Below are positions 38,749 through 49,366 of a stretch of DNA of 64,000 nucleotides, piece after piece. Each line of letters starts with the position of its first letter. Within the stretch, counting starts at the first letter, position 1. The position numbers and the translations under genes were made by a program. Under the pieces are notes generated by a model. That model saw only the letters and a program-made list of their open reading frames with translations, was not told the origin of the DNA and made no database searches. The stretch comes from a virus, in the IMG/VR virus record IMGVR_UViG_3300046028_006919, positions 12,475 to 76,474 of that record; one strand, written 5' to 3'.

Positions 38749-38931
38749 TTTTTTTTAATAGTTCATTGTATTTGGTGTTATTTTTCCAGAAATAATATCT
38801 GGTATTAACTTTTCTTGGTAATCGTTCAACAATTTCTCTTTGGTGGTTCCACCATCCAAAATAACTTCGAACTTTCCATCGTTAACGTGTTTTACTTTAT
38901 TATACATAATTTTTTCATTTATTAATAAATA

Positions 38932-39159
38932 TCATGATATTGTTATAAAATCAACTGTTATACTACCACCTAAATTAAAGAAATTACATGATTGTAAACC
39001 ATAATCCATCAGTAAGTTTTTTACTATGGTCTTCATTTCCGTTGAATTTCCCGTTATAATCTCAGCTTGGTCAACTCCAAGTCTAACACAATCCCAAACG
39101 AATGAATCTATCACTTCTGGGACTTCACTATGTTTATATCCGTGTAAATCTAATCTCAT
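38932..39159 (-). CDS. Smr domain protein
   Basis: LDLHG...IITG...NLGG. Confidence 0.8.
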   Translation of the reverse strand: MRLDLHGYKHSEVPEVIDSFVWDCVRLGVDQAEIITGNSTEMKTIVKNLLMDYGLQSCNFFNLGGSITVDFITIS

Positions 39160-39611
39160 TCTGTTATTATTTCTTTAATCTTCCCAATACACGCAACTTG
39201 AGTATCATGTAAAACTTTAGAAGCTTCATCCAATGTAACCCATTTGTACCCATCCATTTCTGGAAAACCGCCTCGGTCTTCTGGAACGTTTGAGTTACAT
39301 TTCAATTCAACTCCATCCCAATCAAACTTAGAATCATTGTTTTCATGAACCAAAAAAGGGTAAAGCATTTTTTTCTTATGTTTATAGTTGACAGAATTCA
39401 ATGGGTATATCGTGAAGTCAGTCGAACCGTTAAGGTCCAAATTGGTTTCTTCGTAGGTTTCTCTGAAAGCAGCTTCTAAAAAGATTTCATCGTCTTCTAC
39501 TTTACCCTTTGGTATACTGTAAAAGTTTGCTGGATGATTTGTTGGATGACAAATCAACAATTTCTTGTCTTTTCTGACAATAAACAAACCTGATGCAATT
39601 GTTTTACTCAT
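39156..39611 (-). CDS. NUDIX hydrolase
   Basis: PKGKVEDDE..LEAAFRETYEETN Nudix box; FPEMD. Confidence 0.9.
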   Translation of the reverse strand: MSKTIASGLFIVRKDKKLLICHPTNHPANFYSIPKGKVEDDEIFLEAAFRETYEETNLDLNGSTDFTIYPLNSVNYKHKKKMLYPFLVHENNDSKFDWDGVELKCNSNVPEDRGGFPEMDGYKWVTLDEASKVLHDTQVACIGKIKEIITE

Positions 39612-40021
39612 TATATTAAATTATTTGCGTTTAACATCAATTCTAAATAAAACCAATCAACAAATGGTCTTGGTGATAGTTCTTTATCAATTTTCAACGG
39701 AACACCAATAGCTATATCATCAATCATAAGCTGACCATAAGCTTTAGGACTATCTGTCCATTCATGTTGTGTTGGGTTCGTGTTTATCCCATACAATGGA
39801 ATATTATTTTTAGCAAACCAATCAATAGCGTCTTGAAGACAATCTCTTGGTTTTCCATCTGGATGAATATAAGGTCTATGACTACGCATTGTAAACAATA
39901 TAAGTTTATGTCCTTTTTCAACCAATTTTTTTAAAACGGGTACAGAACCAATGTCTTTCCCAACAAATGGGAAGTCGTGTGTCGTACACGTGCCATCAAA
40001 ATCCAAAATTATTTCTTTCAT
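39611..40021 (-). CDS. HAD hydrolase (BT0820-like)
   Basis: LDFDGT, ILFTMR, SPK and IDD motifs. Confidence 0.85.
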   Translation of the reverse strand: MKEIILDFDGTCTTHDFPFVGKDIGSVPVLKKLVEKGHKLILFTMRSHRPYIHPDGKPRDCLQDAIDWFAKNNIPLYGINTNPTQHEWTDSPKAYGQLMIDDIAIGVPLKIDKELSPRPFVDWFYLELMLNANNLI

Positions 40022-40132
40022 AATACAAAGATACTAACATTATTTAACTTATACAAATTATTTTAAATTTATTTTTAAAACTTTACTTTTTATTTTTTTT
40101 CTGTATATTTATTATTATACAAATAAATTAAA

Positions 40133-40285
40133 ATGAAAAAAGAAAAACAAAAAGAAGTTGTGTGGCCAATAAGAATGTCACAAGAACTAAAAGACAAGTT
40201 TAAAACTTATTGTGACGATAAGGGTTATTCAATGAATAAATTAATAAAAATATTAATAGAAAAAGAAATAAAAAATGAAAAATAA
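40133..40285 (+). CDS. ribbon-helix-helix (Arc/CopG-like) small DNA-binding protein (below cutoff)
   Basis: MKKEKQKEVVWPIRMSQELKDKFKTYCDDKGYSMNKLIKILIEKEIKNEK; overlaps the LAGLIDADG start. Confidence 0.65.
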   Translation: MKKEKQKEVVWPIRMSQELKDKFKTYCDDKGYSMNKLIKILIEKEIKNEK

Positions 40286-41111
40286 ATGGACACAAGACGA
40301 AATTAATTTTTTAATCGAAAATTATCCTTCATATGGAAAAGAATACTGCGCAAAAAAATTAAATAGAGAAGGTTCGTCAATATTTAAAAAAGCTAGTCGT
40401 TTAAAATTAAAAGTTATTTCAGATGTTAGATTAGCTAATAACATAAAAGCTCAAGTTAAATTTCAAAATGAAAGACCTAATAACGATTTTAATATTAATA
40501 TTGAACAATTTTTAAATATTCAAAAACCAGAAGTTGCATATATTTTAGGGTTCTTATGGGCTGATGGGTATATTATAAGAAATGAAATTAGACTTGAAAT
40601 CGTTAAAGATGATTTAGACCATATTAAACCAATACTTGAGTCTATTGGTACTTGGACCTACAGTTATAGAGATAGAAATAGAAATGGTGTTAAAACTAAA
40701 ACTAGTGGTCGTGCTGTAACATCAAATAGAAAACTAAAAGAATTTTTAGCGTGCCATGATTATGATAAAAAATCATATATCTCTGCTGATAAAATACTTT
40801 CAAAAATACCTAACGAATTAAAACATTATTTCTTTAGAGGTTTTGTGGATGGTGATGGTAATATTTATCCACCTAAAAAACGAATAACTTTAGCTGGGTC
40901 ATTAAAACAAGATTGGAGTTTCATATCTAAAATTTGTGATGAATTAAAAATTAAACATAACATTTATCGTAATAGTAATAAATCGACCAATTCCGTTGTT
41001 GAAATTAACGGTATAAATGGTGTTATTTTCGGTAATTATATTTTTAAAGGAAATGAATTTGGGTTAAAACGAAAAAGTGATAAGTTTAATAAAATTAAAA
41101 AGGACGATTAA
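40275..41111 (+). CDS. free-standing double-motif LAGLIDADG homing endonuclease
   Basis: AYILGFLWADG and HYFFRGFVDGDG; N-terminal KWTQDE HTH-like segment. Confidence 0.9.
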   Translation: MKNKWTQDEINFLIENYPSYGKEYCAKKLNREGSSIFKKASRLKLKVISDVRLANNIKAQVKFQNERPNNDFNINIEQFLNIQKPEVAYILGFLWADGYIIRNEIRLEIVKDDLDHIKPILESIGTWTYSYRDRNRNGVKTKTSGRAVTSNRKLKEFLACHDYDKKSYISADKILSKIPNELKHYFFRGFVDGDGNIYPPKKRITLAGSLKQDWSFISKICDELKIKHNIYRNSNKSTNSVVEINGINGVIFGNYIFKGNEFGLKRKSDKFNKIKKDD

Positions 41112-41126
41112 TCGTCCTTTTTAATT
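41093..41126. terminator. bidirectional terminator
   Basis: AATTAAAAAGGACGA-TTAA-TCGTCCTTTTTAATT palindrome between convergent genes. Confidence 0.8.
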
Positions 41127-42711
41127 AATACTTAAAAGTAGTAAATTCTCCATTTATAAAATTAATATGCTGGGCACGTCCATCATTGTGGATTATCACG
41201 TGGCTTTGAAGCCAAGATGATGGACCTTGATTATACCCTACTCGTAAACGTGTACTAGTACCAACAGATAATGCTCCGTCTTTTCTTCCAGGAGAATGAT
41301 AATGCCCAACTACAATTTTGGTATTTAATTTACGAAATTGTAGTAAACTACCTCTTGACCCATTAGTTCCTATATCACCGTGGGCTCCAAGTTCATAACC
41401 TTTAACTTTGTAAGAAGCTGCTCTTCCAAGTGTTTTGAATTTAGGGAATTTATCATTTATAAGTGTTGGTATAACACCTTTAACATTGTAAGGGTCTCTA
41501 CCATACTGTTCTAACAAAATATCAGAATACTTCATGTACAATCTAGAGTTCTTATATGTAGGTTGTTTTTTCCAATCCTCGTTCTTTAACCATCTATCCA
41601 AGAAATCATCGTGATTACTCCTTACAATCACCACATTATTAAATTTCTCAAATGGTTCAAGACCAACCATCATAGCGTTGACTTCTTTTTCCAAATCATT
41701 GGTACCAGTCATTTCTTTACCATATTGAATAAATGGGTCTTTCATCTGGTGATGACTAATTGAATCACCGTCAAAAATATCATGTAAAACAACATGTTCT
41801 GGTTTTATTTTGTCCAAAAATGATAGCGTTGTGTCTAACACTTCTTGGTCATGATGACCGTAGTGTATATCACCCAATATAGCAGCAGCTATTGAGTTAA
41901 TTTGACTTATACCACCATCTTCAACACGATAAATTAAATCAGTAAAATTACCTGATTTATCATCGGCAGTTACTTGTCTAACAAAAAATGTTTCATCATC
42001 TTTGATTTCGACAATAGCGAAACCAAATGTGTGGTGGAACTCTCCTACTTTACCAGCTTTAGCATCAGTGTAGTTCTTCATTGTAACAGCACCAGTGGTA
42101 AGCATGATTTTAGGTTTGTTTCCTTCCAACACAGGAATCATCTCTAGTTGTACCTTCGGACTACCAAAGACACATGAGTTAACCCCGCTAAGGGCTTGCA
42201 TACCAGTCATTGGATTTACAGCTGTTGGTTGTACTTTGATATCTGACAAAATAGAAACATACTTGTGTATGTCGTGTCTGTTAGCATCTAAATAAGGTTC
42301 AACTTCTTTTTTCCAATGTTCTTCATTTTTGTTATTGTTACTCCAGATACTCGTAGGGTTTTTGTAACGCCCAGCGATTACCAAGATTTCAGCATCAATG
42401 AATTCACCATAAGCTTCCATGTTTCGTAACAGTTTCTTATGCACTGGTGTGTTATTTTGTGCCCAACTAATAATGAACCTTTTCTTTTCATCACTATGTT
42501 GTTTTGTTTTGGCTTTGATGTACTGCTCTGGTTCAACTTCTTGTTTTTCTTTAAAACCAAGTTTTTCAGAACACCATTTTCTGACAGTACGTTCAGACTT
42601 ACCGAAAAGGTTTACCAATAAACTCATTCGTTCATCCCAAGACATGTCTTTGTTTAAGTAGATTTCTTTAGCTTCTTGAATGCGTTCATCCGTTAATTCA
42701 TTAAATTTCAT
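41125..42711 (-). CDS. T5 A1-like protein (N-terminal HTH, C-terminal calcineurin-like phosphoesterase/nuclease)
   Basis: SWAQNNTPVH, GDIHYG, HDIFDG, SNHDDFL, HGD and GHYHSP motifs. Confidence 0.7.
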   Translation of the reverse strand: MKFNELTDERIQEAKEIYLNKDMSWDERMSLLVNLFGKSERTVRKWCSEKLGFKEKQEVEPEQYIKAKTKQHSDEKKRFIISWAQNNTPVHKKLLRNMEAYGEFIDAEILVIAGRYKNPTSIWSNNNKNEEHWKKEVEPYLDANRHDIHKYVSILSDIKVQPTAVNPMTGMQALSGVNSCVFGSPKVQLEMIPVLEGNKPKIMLTTGAVTMKNYTDAKAGKVGEFHHTFGFAIVEIKDDETFFVRQVTADDKSGNFTDLIYRVEDGGISQINSIAAAILGDIHYGHHDQEVLDTTLSFLDKIKPEHVVLHDIFDGDSISHHQMKDPFIQYGKEMTGTNDLEKEVNAMMVGLEPFEKFNNVVIVRSNHDDFLDRWLKNEDWKKQPTYKNSRLYMKYSDILLEQYGRDPYNVKGVIPTLINDKFPKFKTLGRAASYKVKGYELGAHGDIGTNGSRGSLLQFRKLNTKIVVGHYHSPGRKDGALSVGTSTRLRVGYNQGPSSWLQSHVIIHNDGRAQHINFINGEFTTFKY

Positions 42712-42767
42712 TTAAAATTATTTATTCTCTTGTTATGTTTTCAACAAATATACACATAAAATGTTAA

Positions 42768-43592
42768 TTATACAATATTATCCTCAATAATTTGAATTAC
42801 TGGAATCAAATTATACAAATATTCTTTTTCTTGCGTAAAAATTGGTATGTTGTAGTCTGGCAACCACTTGCTTCTTTGAACTGGTTCACCGTTTTGACCG
42901 TCAACCCAAATGGTTTGTTTCTTTATAACAACACCTCTTTTGTATTTAACTTTGTAATCGTCCCAGTTGATACCTTTCTCTTTGAAAAGCATTTCTTGTT
43001 TTTCACTACCAGATAACCCATGTAATTGGAAATGACTGAAATTAGCACTAGCAGCCATACTAACACTATTTCTAGTACAATCTTGTTGTCTCCAAAGGAA
43101 ATAGTTAGAAACTTCTCTAAAGTCTGGAATAACAAACACCCTTGAATCGAACACAGCGTCAATCTCAGCAAAATCTCCACGAGTAATTTTTTCAAACAAT
43201 TCTTCTGGGTTATATTTGAACGACCCCAACAATCTAAGCATTGTCTTGTTAAATGCTGCTGTAACTTTTGAAGCTGAAATGCTACATAGCTTTTGTACTT
43301 TACCATCAAACGGCAATTCAGCATCAATATTCTCAATAGTAGAGAACACAAGGCTAATCTCGTCTGATTGCGTATAAGCAAATAACGGATTCAAATATTT
43401 ACATAGTTCAACAGTAGCGGCATCCATCACGTTGGATAGAATATCATCAAATGGTTTGTCAAACATTGTTGTATATTTGCTAAACCCTTTACCATCAAGT
43501 CTTATGATAACATAAGACCTATTCGGAATTTTAAAATTATAGCAATTTTCGTATTCTTTCATACGGTCGCTAAAACTAGTGTTTTTTGCCAT
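42768..43592 (-). CDS. tRNA(His) guanylyltransferase Thg1-like protein
   Basis: RMKEYE, IRLDGKGFSK, YTQSDEIS, FDSR and WRQQDCTRNS motifs. Confidence 0.93.
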   Translation of the reverse strand: MAKNTSFSDRMKEYENCYNFKIPNRSYVIIRLDGKGFSKYTTMFDKPFDDILSNVMDAATVELCKYLNPLFAYTQSDEISLVFSTIENIDAELPFDGKVQKLCSISASKVTAAFNKTMLRLLGSFKYNPEELFEKITRGDFAEIDAVFDSRVFVIPDFREVSNYFLWRQQDCTRNSVSMAASANFSHFQLHGLSGSEKQEMLFKEKGINWDDYKVKYKRGVVIKKQTIWVDGQNGEPVQRSKWLPDYNIPIFTQEKEYLYNLIPVIQIIEDNIV

Positions 43593-43605
43593 TTTTTTTT
43601 ATTAT

Positions 43606-44589
43606 TTAAAATCTAGCTTTTTTAAGTCCTTCGTAGCTTGATTGACTGTTGATTGCTACAACAGCGTATCCAATTTGTGTTGCGACTGAAATTGATTTAA
43701 TTTTACTCATACCAAAACCAATTGGACCAGTACCCTTATCCAAAGAATCACTAATAACCAATTCGGTAAGAACTGATTTCTCAATACGACCCAATGCTGG
43801 CCCAGACAACACACCGTGGCTAATAATCGCTCTTACACTGTTAGCACCAGCTTCCATGACAACCTCAGCCGCTTTACATAGTGTACCAGCGGTATCAACC
43901 ATATCATCTAAGATGATAACGTCTTTGCCAGTTACATCACCAATGATAATCATTTCATCGATTACATTGGCTTGTTTACGCGTTTTATCCAACATAACGT
44001 AATTGATTGAAATATCGTGATACTTGGCTAGTTGGTCTTTCATACGTTTAACTCTTTTTCCAGAACCAGCATCAGGCCCGCACAATATTGTGTTTTCGTT
44101 GTAGATACTAGCAATGTAGTTATCGAATACGTTTTTACCTTCCAAGTGTGTTACTGGAATATTGAAGAACCCTTGGATTTGGTCTGCGTGTAAATCAAAC
44201 GTAATAACACCAGTAGCCCCACGATTTTCAATCATTTCAACCATCACCTTCGCACCGATTGGTCCACGTGATTGGTCTTTTTTGTCTTGACGAGCATAAG
44301 GGAAATAAGGTAAAATAGCAACAATTTCTTTAGCAGCAGCACGTTTGGCTGCATCTATAGCTAAATTTAACTTGATGATTTCATCAGAGTTATTTGGGCT
44401 AGTTAACAAATAAACTCTTTTACCTCTAATCGAATTTGTAAAGTCAACACATAATTCACCATCGGAAAATTTCTGTGAGTTGACAGTATCAATAACAATT
44501 GGGTCTTTTTTTATTTGTTTGATTGAGTTAAGGATAGCTTGGGCCAAATCTTGTCGACCATCAATTGCTATAAGGACTGATTCTAACAT
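43606..44589 (-). CDS. prs: ribose-phosphate pyrophosphokinase
   Basis: FSDGE, PYFPYARQDK, DLHADQIQGFF, PDAG and DDMVDTAGTL motifs. Confidence 0.92.
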   Translation of the reverse strand: MLESVLIAIDGRQDLAQAILNSIKQIKKDPIVIDTVNSQKFSDGELCVDFTNSIRGKRVYLLTSPNNSDEIIKLNLAIDAAKRAAAKEIVAILPYFPYARQDKKDQSRGPIGAKVMVEMIENRGATGVITFDLHADQIQGFFNIPVTHLEGKNVFDNYIASIYNENTILCGPDAGSGKRVKRMKDQLAKYHDISINYVMLDKTRKQANVIDEMIIIGDVTGKDVIILDDMVDTAGTLCKAAEVVMEAGANSVRAIISHGVLSGPALGRIEKSVLTELVISDSLDKGTGPIGFGMSKIKSISVATQIGYAVVAINSQSSYEGLKKARF

Positions 44590-44828
44590 ATCTTGTAATT
44601 TTTAACAAAGATACAAAATAAAAAATGAATAACCAAATGGTTATTCATCTTTTTTTAATTTTTTGCTCAACCAATAGGCTCCATAGGCTATTGCAGCTGC
44701 TATGGCTATGTATTTCACAAGGTGAACAAAGATAACCACACCAACAAATACCATCTTGAATATGATTATAGCTAGCAAAGCTGCTAGGAAAAATAAGATT
44801 ATTTTAAGTTTCATATATTTATTTTTTT

Positions 44829-45188
44829 TTAGTTAATTTTTTTCCACACTCTATCATGCCATTTTGTTTTATATAACCCCAACTCGTAGTTTCCATTGTA
44901 CAAAACAATATCCAACGCTGTTGGAAGTTCATTGTATAAATTATCCCACTCGGCTTTTTGTTCATCTGTATATTCAATTGTTTCTTCGGTGTTAAATGGG
45001 TTAAAGTTGGTTGGTTTACCATTTAATATAACATCAATCGCCTCATACAGATTATCTTCACCAAATGGTGGGATATAATCATCACCATCGTTATGCATGT
45101 TTACTATAAAACCACCCTTCATACCCCATCGCAAGTTCTTCAACAGTTTTACATGTTCTTCTTTTAATTCAAATTTAATTACACTCAT
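44829..45188 (-). CDS. hypothetical protein
   Basis: 119-aa ORF. Confidence 0.65.
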   Translation of the reverse strand: MSVIKFELKEEHVKLLKNLRWGMKGGFIVNMHNDGDDYIPPFGEDNLYEAIDVILNGKPTNFNPFNTEETIEYTDEQKAEWDNLYNELPTALDIVLYNGNYELGLYKTKWHDRVWKKIN

Positions 45189-45940
45189 TATTCGTCATTT
45201 TTATTATCTCCAACGGCTTGTACCATTAGATTATTTACTAGTTCTGTAACACCTTCAACGGCACCTTTTTTGATGTATGTGATGTCTAATTCTGGGTATT
45301 CTAACCCCAAAGACTTTGTAGGTTCTGGGTCAACGAAATAAATTGGTATGTTTTTTTTGCATTTACTAAAAAACTCATAAGTATAACCAATATTCATACT
45401 AGTACCTATCACAATTATAATGTCAGCTTCTATAAACGCTTCCAAGGCGTTATAAAAGAAGAATGGATACTCACCAAACCAAACAATGTGTGGTCTTAAC
45501 TGTGCACCATACTCTTCGTCTTTATCCCCCATATTTATATCGTTATAACCAATATCATAAACAGTTTGAGTTGCAACTAGGTTTGGGTTGTTCATACCAA
45601 AACATGTTCTTGCTTTGGTCAACTCACCATGCAAATGGATTATATTAGTTGAACCAGCTCTTTCCAATAAATCATCTACGTTTTGTGTAATGTGTATTAC
45701 ATCATATTTTGATTCAAGTGTGACCAATGCATTGTGAGCATCATTAGGTTGAACAGTTGGGAGTTGTCTACGTCTAGCATTGTAAAAATCCAACACCTGA
45801 GAGCGGTCTTTTCTCCAACCTTCTGGAGTAGCTACTTCATCAATCTTGAAATTTTCCCATAATCCATTAGAATCTCTAAAAGTGTCAATACCAGATTCTT
45901 TACTAACACCAGCACCAGTAAATATTACTATTTTTTTCAT
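45188..45940 (-). CDS. Sir2/CobB NAD-dependent deacylase
   Basis: TGAGVSKESGIDTFRD, TQNVDDL, HLHG, RPHIVWFGE and IGTS motifs. Confidence 0.93.
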   Translation of the reverse strand: MKKIVIFTGAGVSKESGIDTFRDSNGLWENFKIDEVATPEGWRKDRSQVLDFYNARRRQLPTVQPNDAHNALVTLESKYDVIHITQNVDDLLERAGSTNIIHLHGELTKARTCFGMNNPNLVATQTVYDIGYNDINMGDKDEEYGAQLRPHIVWFGEYPFFFYNALEAFIEADIIIVIGTSMNIGYTYEFFSKCKKNIPIYFVDPEPTKSLGLEYPELDITYIKKGAVEGVTELVNNLMVQAVGDNKNDE

Positions 45941-46239
45941 TATCTACCGCTTATTAACTTTAAGATTTGAACTAAGATTTTTAACATGATGAAAAACCCA
46001 CCAACAAATCCGAAATTATACCAAGCACCATTGTTATGTATCGCATATACAGCAATATCATCCCAGATAAGACTACCAATAAAGCTTGGAAACATTATCA
46101 TACCGTGCCAAGTCCCACCCCAAAAACCATATATTTGTTCGTTAGGGTTGGTAAACGTAACATGTGCAACATCAGCACAGCTTATAGTCAACATTGCAAC
46201 CAGCAACACTAACAAAATTGTAAATATTCTATTTTTCAT
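45940..46239 (-). CDS. small membrane lipoprotein
   Basis: lipobox TISC; GFWGGTWHG...GAWYNFGF. Confidence 0.7.
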   Translation of the reverse strand: MKNRIFTILLVLLVAMLTISCADVAHVTFTNPNEQIYGFWGGTWHGMIMFPSFIGSLIWDDIAVYAIHNNGAWYNFGFVGGFFIMLKILVQILKLISGR

Positions 46240-46249
46240 TTGTATTTTA

Positions 46250-46693
46250 TTATTTATTCTCGCCATAATGGTTCAACATCAAATCATAAACCTCTTGCCA
46301 TTCTGTTTCTGGGTTGAACCCAGCTTTGTCTTCAAACAAAACATTCATATAAGGTTTTTTATTGTAATTCCCATAACCGTTTGGGTCAGTGGGAACCTCT
46401 GGGTTCTCATTTACATATTTGAAATGAATATCGTTATCAACGAACAATTTTTGATACTCAACTATTTCATGTGGGTGAGAACACGTATACAAGAACATAA
46501 CAACTTCTGATATCTTACCCAATAATTGTAATGTTTCTTTTGCCATCGGATAAAACTCGTCAGGCGTGTTACCGTATTGGTAATTGGGTTTAAGTATGGT
46601 ACCATGGATATCAAACGCCCAAAACGTTCTATCCCAATTTCTTTTTTCTTTCAGTTCGAAATGATTAATTTCTATTGCTCTTTTTACACTCAT
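46250..46693 (-). CDS. HAD-like hydrolase
   Basis: FDIHGT, LYTCS and KPY..VLFEDKAGF motifs. Confidence 0.75.
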   Translation of the reverse strand: MSVKRAIEINHFELKEKRNWDRTFWAFDIHGTILKPNYQYGNTPDEFYPMAKETLQLLGKISEVVMFLYTCSHPHEIVEYQKLFVDNDIHFKYVNENPEVPTDPNGYGNYNKKPYMNVLFEDKAGFNPETEWQEVYDLMLNHYGENK

Positions 46694-46870
46694 TGGAAAA
46701 TTTTATTATAATCTAACACTTTCATCGAATAATAGGTATTACCTTGTTTAAAGAAAACCGTATTACCAAACTGTGATTTATTTACTGGTGACCATTTTTT
46801 AACAACACTGATAGCTATGTTTATTTCACCTTCGTTGGCAACACCAACTTTAACTGTTTCTTCAGCCATT

Positions 46871-47437
46871 TTAAATATTTAAAAAACTTATTATCTTTTC
46901 TTTGACACCAGATTGTTTGATACCTTCGTATAGTCTTGGTGTGTGAACAAAATTCGTTAAACCACCGTTTGTTTCGCCGTCTATGTTTATGTATTCACCT
47001 AGTTGCATATCATCAACAGCTACCCAAGCATCAACTGAGTTATTCTTTAACCAATGGTTGATTTCAAGGATTCTAGCACGTTCATACCATCCTTTATAGT
47101 GGAATAAAACCTCACTATATTCGTCAAAATCCTTAAGATTTGGTGTTAGCGCTATGGGTTTTTTAATAATACCTTGCAACCCATAAAACTCACCTAACTC
47201 TTCAAGATTAGCCCATCTCTTCCAATCAGACGAAACAACAATCTCAGCACCAGTTTCTTCTAGGATTTCATTAAGAACCTTGATTGCTTTAGAATTGAAA
47301 TTGTCGAATCGTTCTATGACTGGTATAGACCCGTCAGCTATTGTTTGTCCGACACTTCTGTTTTGTTTCTTGAATCTGCTACCAAATTCACTACCCAAAC
47401 AAATTACGCCGTCATGGTCTAAAAATAATGCTTTCAT
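46871..47437 (-). CDS. HAD domain protein (Swiss Army Knife RNA-repair type 2)
   Basis: FLDHDGV, VVSSDW and WVAVDD motifs. Confidence 0.8.
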   Translation of the reverse strand: MKALFLDHDGVICLGSEFGSRFKKQNRSVGQTIADGSIPVIERFDNFNSKAIKVLNEILEETGAEIVVSSDWKRWANLEELGEFYGLQGIIKKPIALTPNLKDFDEYSEVLFHYKGWYERARILEINHWLKNNSVDAWVAVDDMQLGEYINIDGETNGGLTNFVHTPRLYEGIKQSGVKEKIISFLNI

Positions 47438-47467
47438 ATTACAAAGATACGAATTTATTTTGAAAAA

Positions 47468-48130
47468 TCAAATATTTTTTCTTTTTTTTACTTCATTTAA
47501 TCTGTCCCAATGATATCCACCAGCAGTTTTTTGTTTACCATCAAGACAACCTTGAATATCACCTTTACCTAACCATCTTTTAGCTTCGTTAATACTTTTA
47601 AAAATTTGATTAGTTTCAACACACTTAATAATAGAATAAACTCTTTTTTCTAAATTAGCTTTTGCGTTATTTTGTTTATGTTCTTCAGTATGTGTTTTAC
47701 CAGAATGAGATATTTTAAGTTTTTCTTTAGTTTCTTTTGAATGATTATATTCACCTTTTTGTCTATAAACTCTTTTTTTTCGACTAACCATTTGTTTTTT
47801 AACATATTCTGGGTCAGACCATAGTTTTTTACTTACTTTAGATAAATGTTCAATAGATGATGTTAAACCACCATCACCACCCTTAGTTATATTGTAACCA
47901 ACCAAAATATCTGTAGAATTATATTCTTTTATCCAGTATTGTTCTCTCGCTTTAAGTTCATCTTTATTTAAACATGTTTCAAGTATTTCTTTTTTAAAAT
48001 TTTCTTTACCATATTTTTTAATAGACCTAGTTATTAATAAACCAGAACCAATGTAATTTGGTGTATTTTTTTCATCTTTACCAATGTAAATTTTACCATT
48101 AATTAAATTTGTTGTTTTATATATTATCAT
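47468..48130 (-). CDS. free-standing GIY-YIG homing endonuclease with NUMOD repeats
   Basis: IIYKTTNLINGKIYIG, YIGSG, GYNITKGG, HSKETKEKL and KTAGGYHW motifs. Confidence 0.92.
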   Translation of the reverse strand: MIIYKTTNLINGKIYIGKDEKNTPNYIGSGLLITRSIKKYGKENFKKEILETCLNKDELKAREQYWIKEYNSTDILVGYNITKGGDGGLTSSIEHLSKVSKKLWSDPEYVKKQMVSRKKRVYRQKGEYNHSKETKEKLKISHSGKTHTEEHKQNNAKANLEKRVYSIIKCVETNQIFKSINEAKRWLGKGDIQGCLDGKQKTAGGYHWDRLNEVKKRKNI

Positions 48131-48193
48131 ATTATTTGTTTATTAATAAATATCACGAACCATATAAAAAAACAACTATAGGGTTAATTTTTA

Positions 48194-48862
48194 TTAAGGT
48201 TTATAATTAACAATCGTCACATCTTCACCATTCATTTCTTCTTGGATAATTCTTTCAATAATATCCCAATCACCGTTTGCTAATCCAGCACCTATTTTTG
48301 GTAAACCAAACTTTTTACCTTTAAATTTAATTACCATATTTTGTATAGACAATCTTAATGCATCATATTTAACCATAACTTCATTATAGTGCGTTTTGTT
48401 AAAATGGTACATACCATACAAGTTAACAACGATAGGTGTTGTAGTTTCAGTGTAAGTTATTGTACCCAATTTTGATTGGTCCCCCGATGTGGTTGTACAA
48501 TCAGCAGCATAAGCTTCTGGAAACTTGTGTTTAATTTGTGGGGCTATACCTGCACCCATCACGCAAAAACAATTACAGCAATGGGCTATAACGTCGTAGT
48601 TATCGGCATCCCTAACTAGGTCGCCATCAATGTATTTTATCATAGTTAATATTGGTGTTGTAAATTTACGGTACAAGAACACAGTTTCAGCGCTGTATCT
48701 TCTTCTACCGTTTATAATTGTTGGATTTAAAACCGTATCGATTGTTTTTAATCGATGTTTTCCGATTTTAAGAATGTGTTTTACTATTCCGCTTCTTAGC
48801 GTTTTAAATTTCCCAGTCTTTTTGATTAGAAAATCAGTTTTTTGGTAATTGTCTTTTAACAT
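48194..48862 (-). CDS. macro domain (ADP-ribose processing) protein; macro domain begins at Met 48643
   Basis: GDL, HCCNC...MGAGIA and PKIGAGLANGDW motifs. Confidence 0.9.
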   Translation of the reverse strand: MLKDNYQKTDFLIKKTGKFKTLRSGIVKHILKIGKHRLKTIDTVLNPTIINGRRRYSAETVFLYRKFTTPILTMIKYIDGDLVRDADNYDVIAHCCNCFCVMGAGIAPQIKHKFPEAYAADCTTTSGDQSKLGTITYTETTTPIVVNLYGMYHFNKTHYNEVMVKYDALRLSIQNMVIKFKGKKFGLPKIGAGLANGDWDIIERIIQEEMNGEDVTIVNYKP

Positions 48863-49344
48863 TATTTGCTTTCTTCGTCAAATTTATCTCTAACTTTCAT
48901 AATAGCCTCACCAAGCCAGTTGGTTCCTTGCCATTTTGTTTTGTCGTTAATGTCTGGGTGTGATTCGTGCATACCAATACCCCAGATTTTATCTTCTGGA
49001 CTAGCTTCAACTATTTCTAAATTACCACTTCGTAACAATTCTTTTTTCATCAAAGGATTTTGACTAAACTTAGCGTAGTTAGCCTCATACACAACTTCAC
49101 GACATATAGCTTCCCATTTGTCCTTGTTAAAGTTTTTAACCTTACGTCCGAGAGCTTTTTGTTCTTTAGGTCCTTTGGCATTCATTATTTTGTTGTAAGA
49201 ATCAACGTCTTCAAACAATAAAGATTTTTTGGCCATCATGTATTGCTCACAACAGTTGTATTCAACACCATCGATTGTAAAGTTTGAGGGGTACCACTGA
49301 CTGAATGTGCCACCCCAAAAGAATATATATTTATCTGTTTTCAT
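48862..49344 (-). CDS. NADAR (YbiA-like) family protein
   Basis: FSQWY, EQYMMAKK, KALGR, KFSQN, EASP.D.IWGIG and GTNWLG motifs. Confidence 0.93.
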   Translation of the reverse strand: MKTDKYIFFWGGTFSQWYPSNFTIDGVEYNCCEQYMMAKKSLLFEDVDSYNKIMNAKGPKEQKALGRKVKNFNKDKWEAICREVVYEANYAKFSQNPLMKKELLRSGNLEIVEASPEDKIWGIGMHESHPDINDKTKWQGTNWLGEAIMKVRDKFDEESK

Positions 49345-49366
49345 AATTACTAAATTAAAAATTCTA

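Noticed and set aside
47468-48130. Group I intron around the GIY-YIG gene
   Set aside because: The flanking HAD and macro genes are complete and the spacers are short and AT-rich, leaving no room for an intron core. The endonuclease is free-standing.
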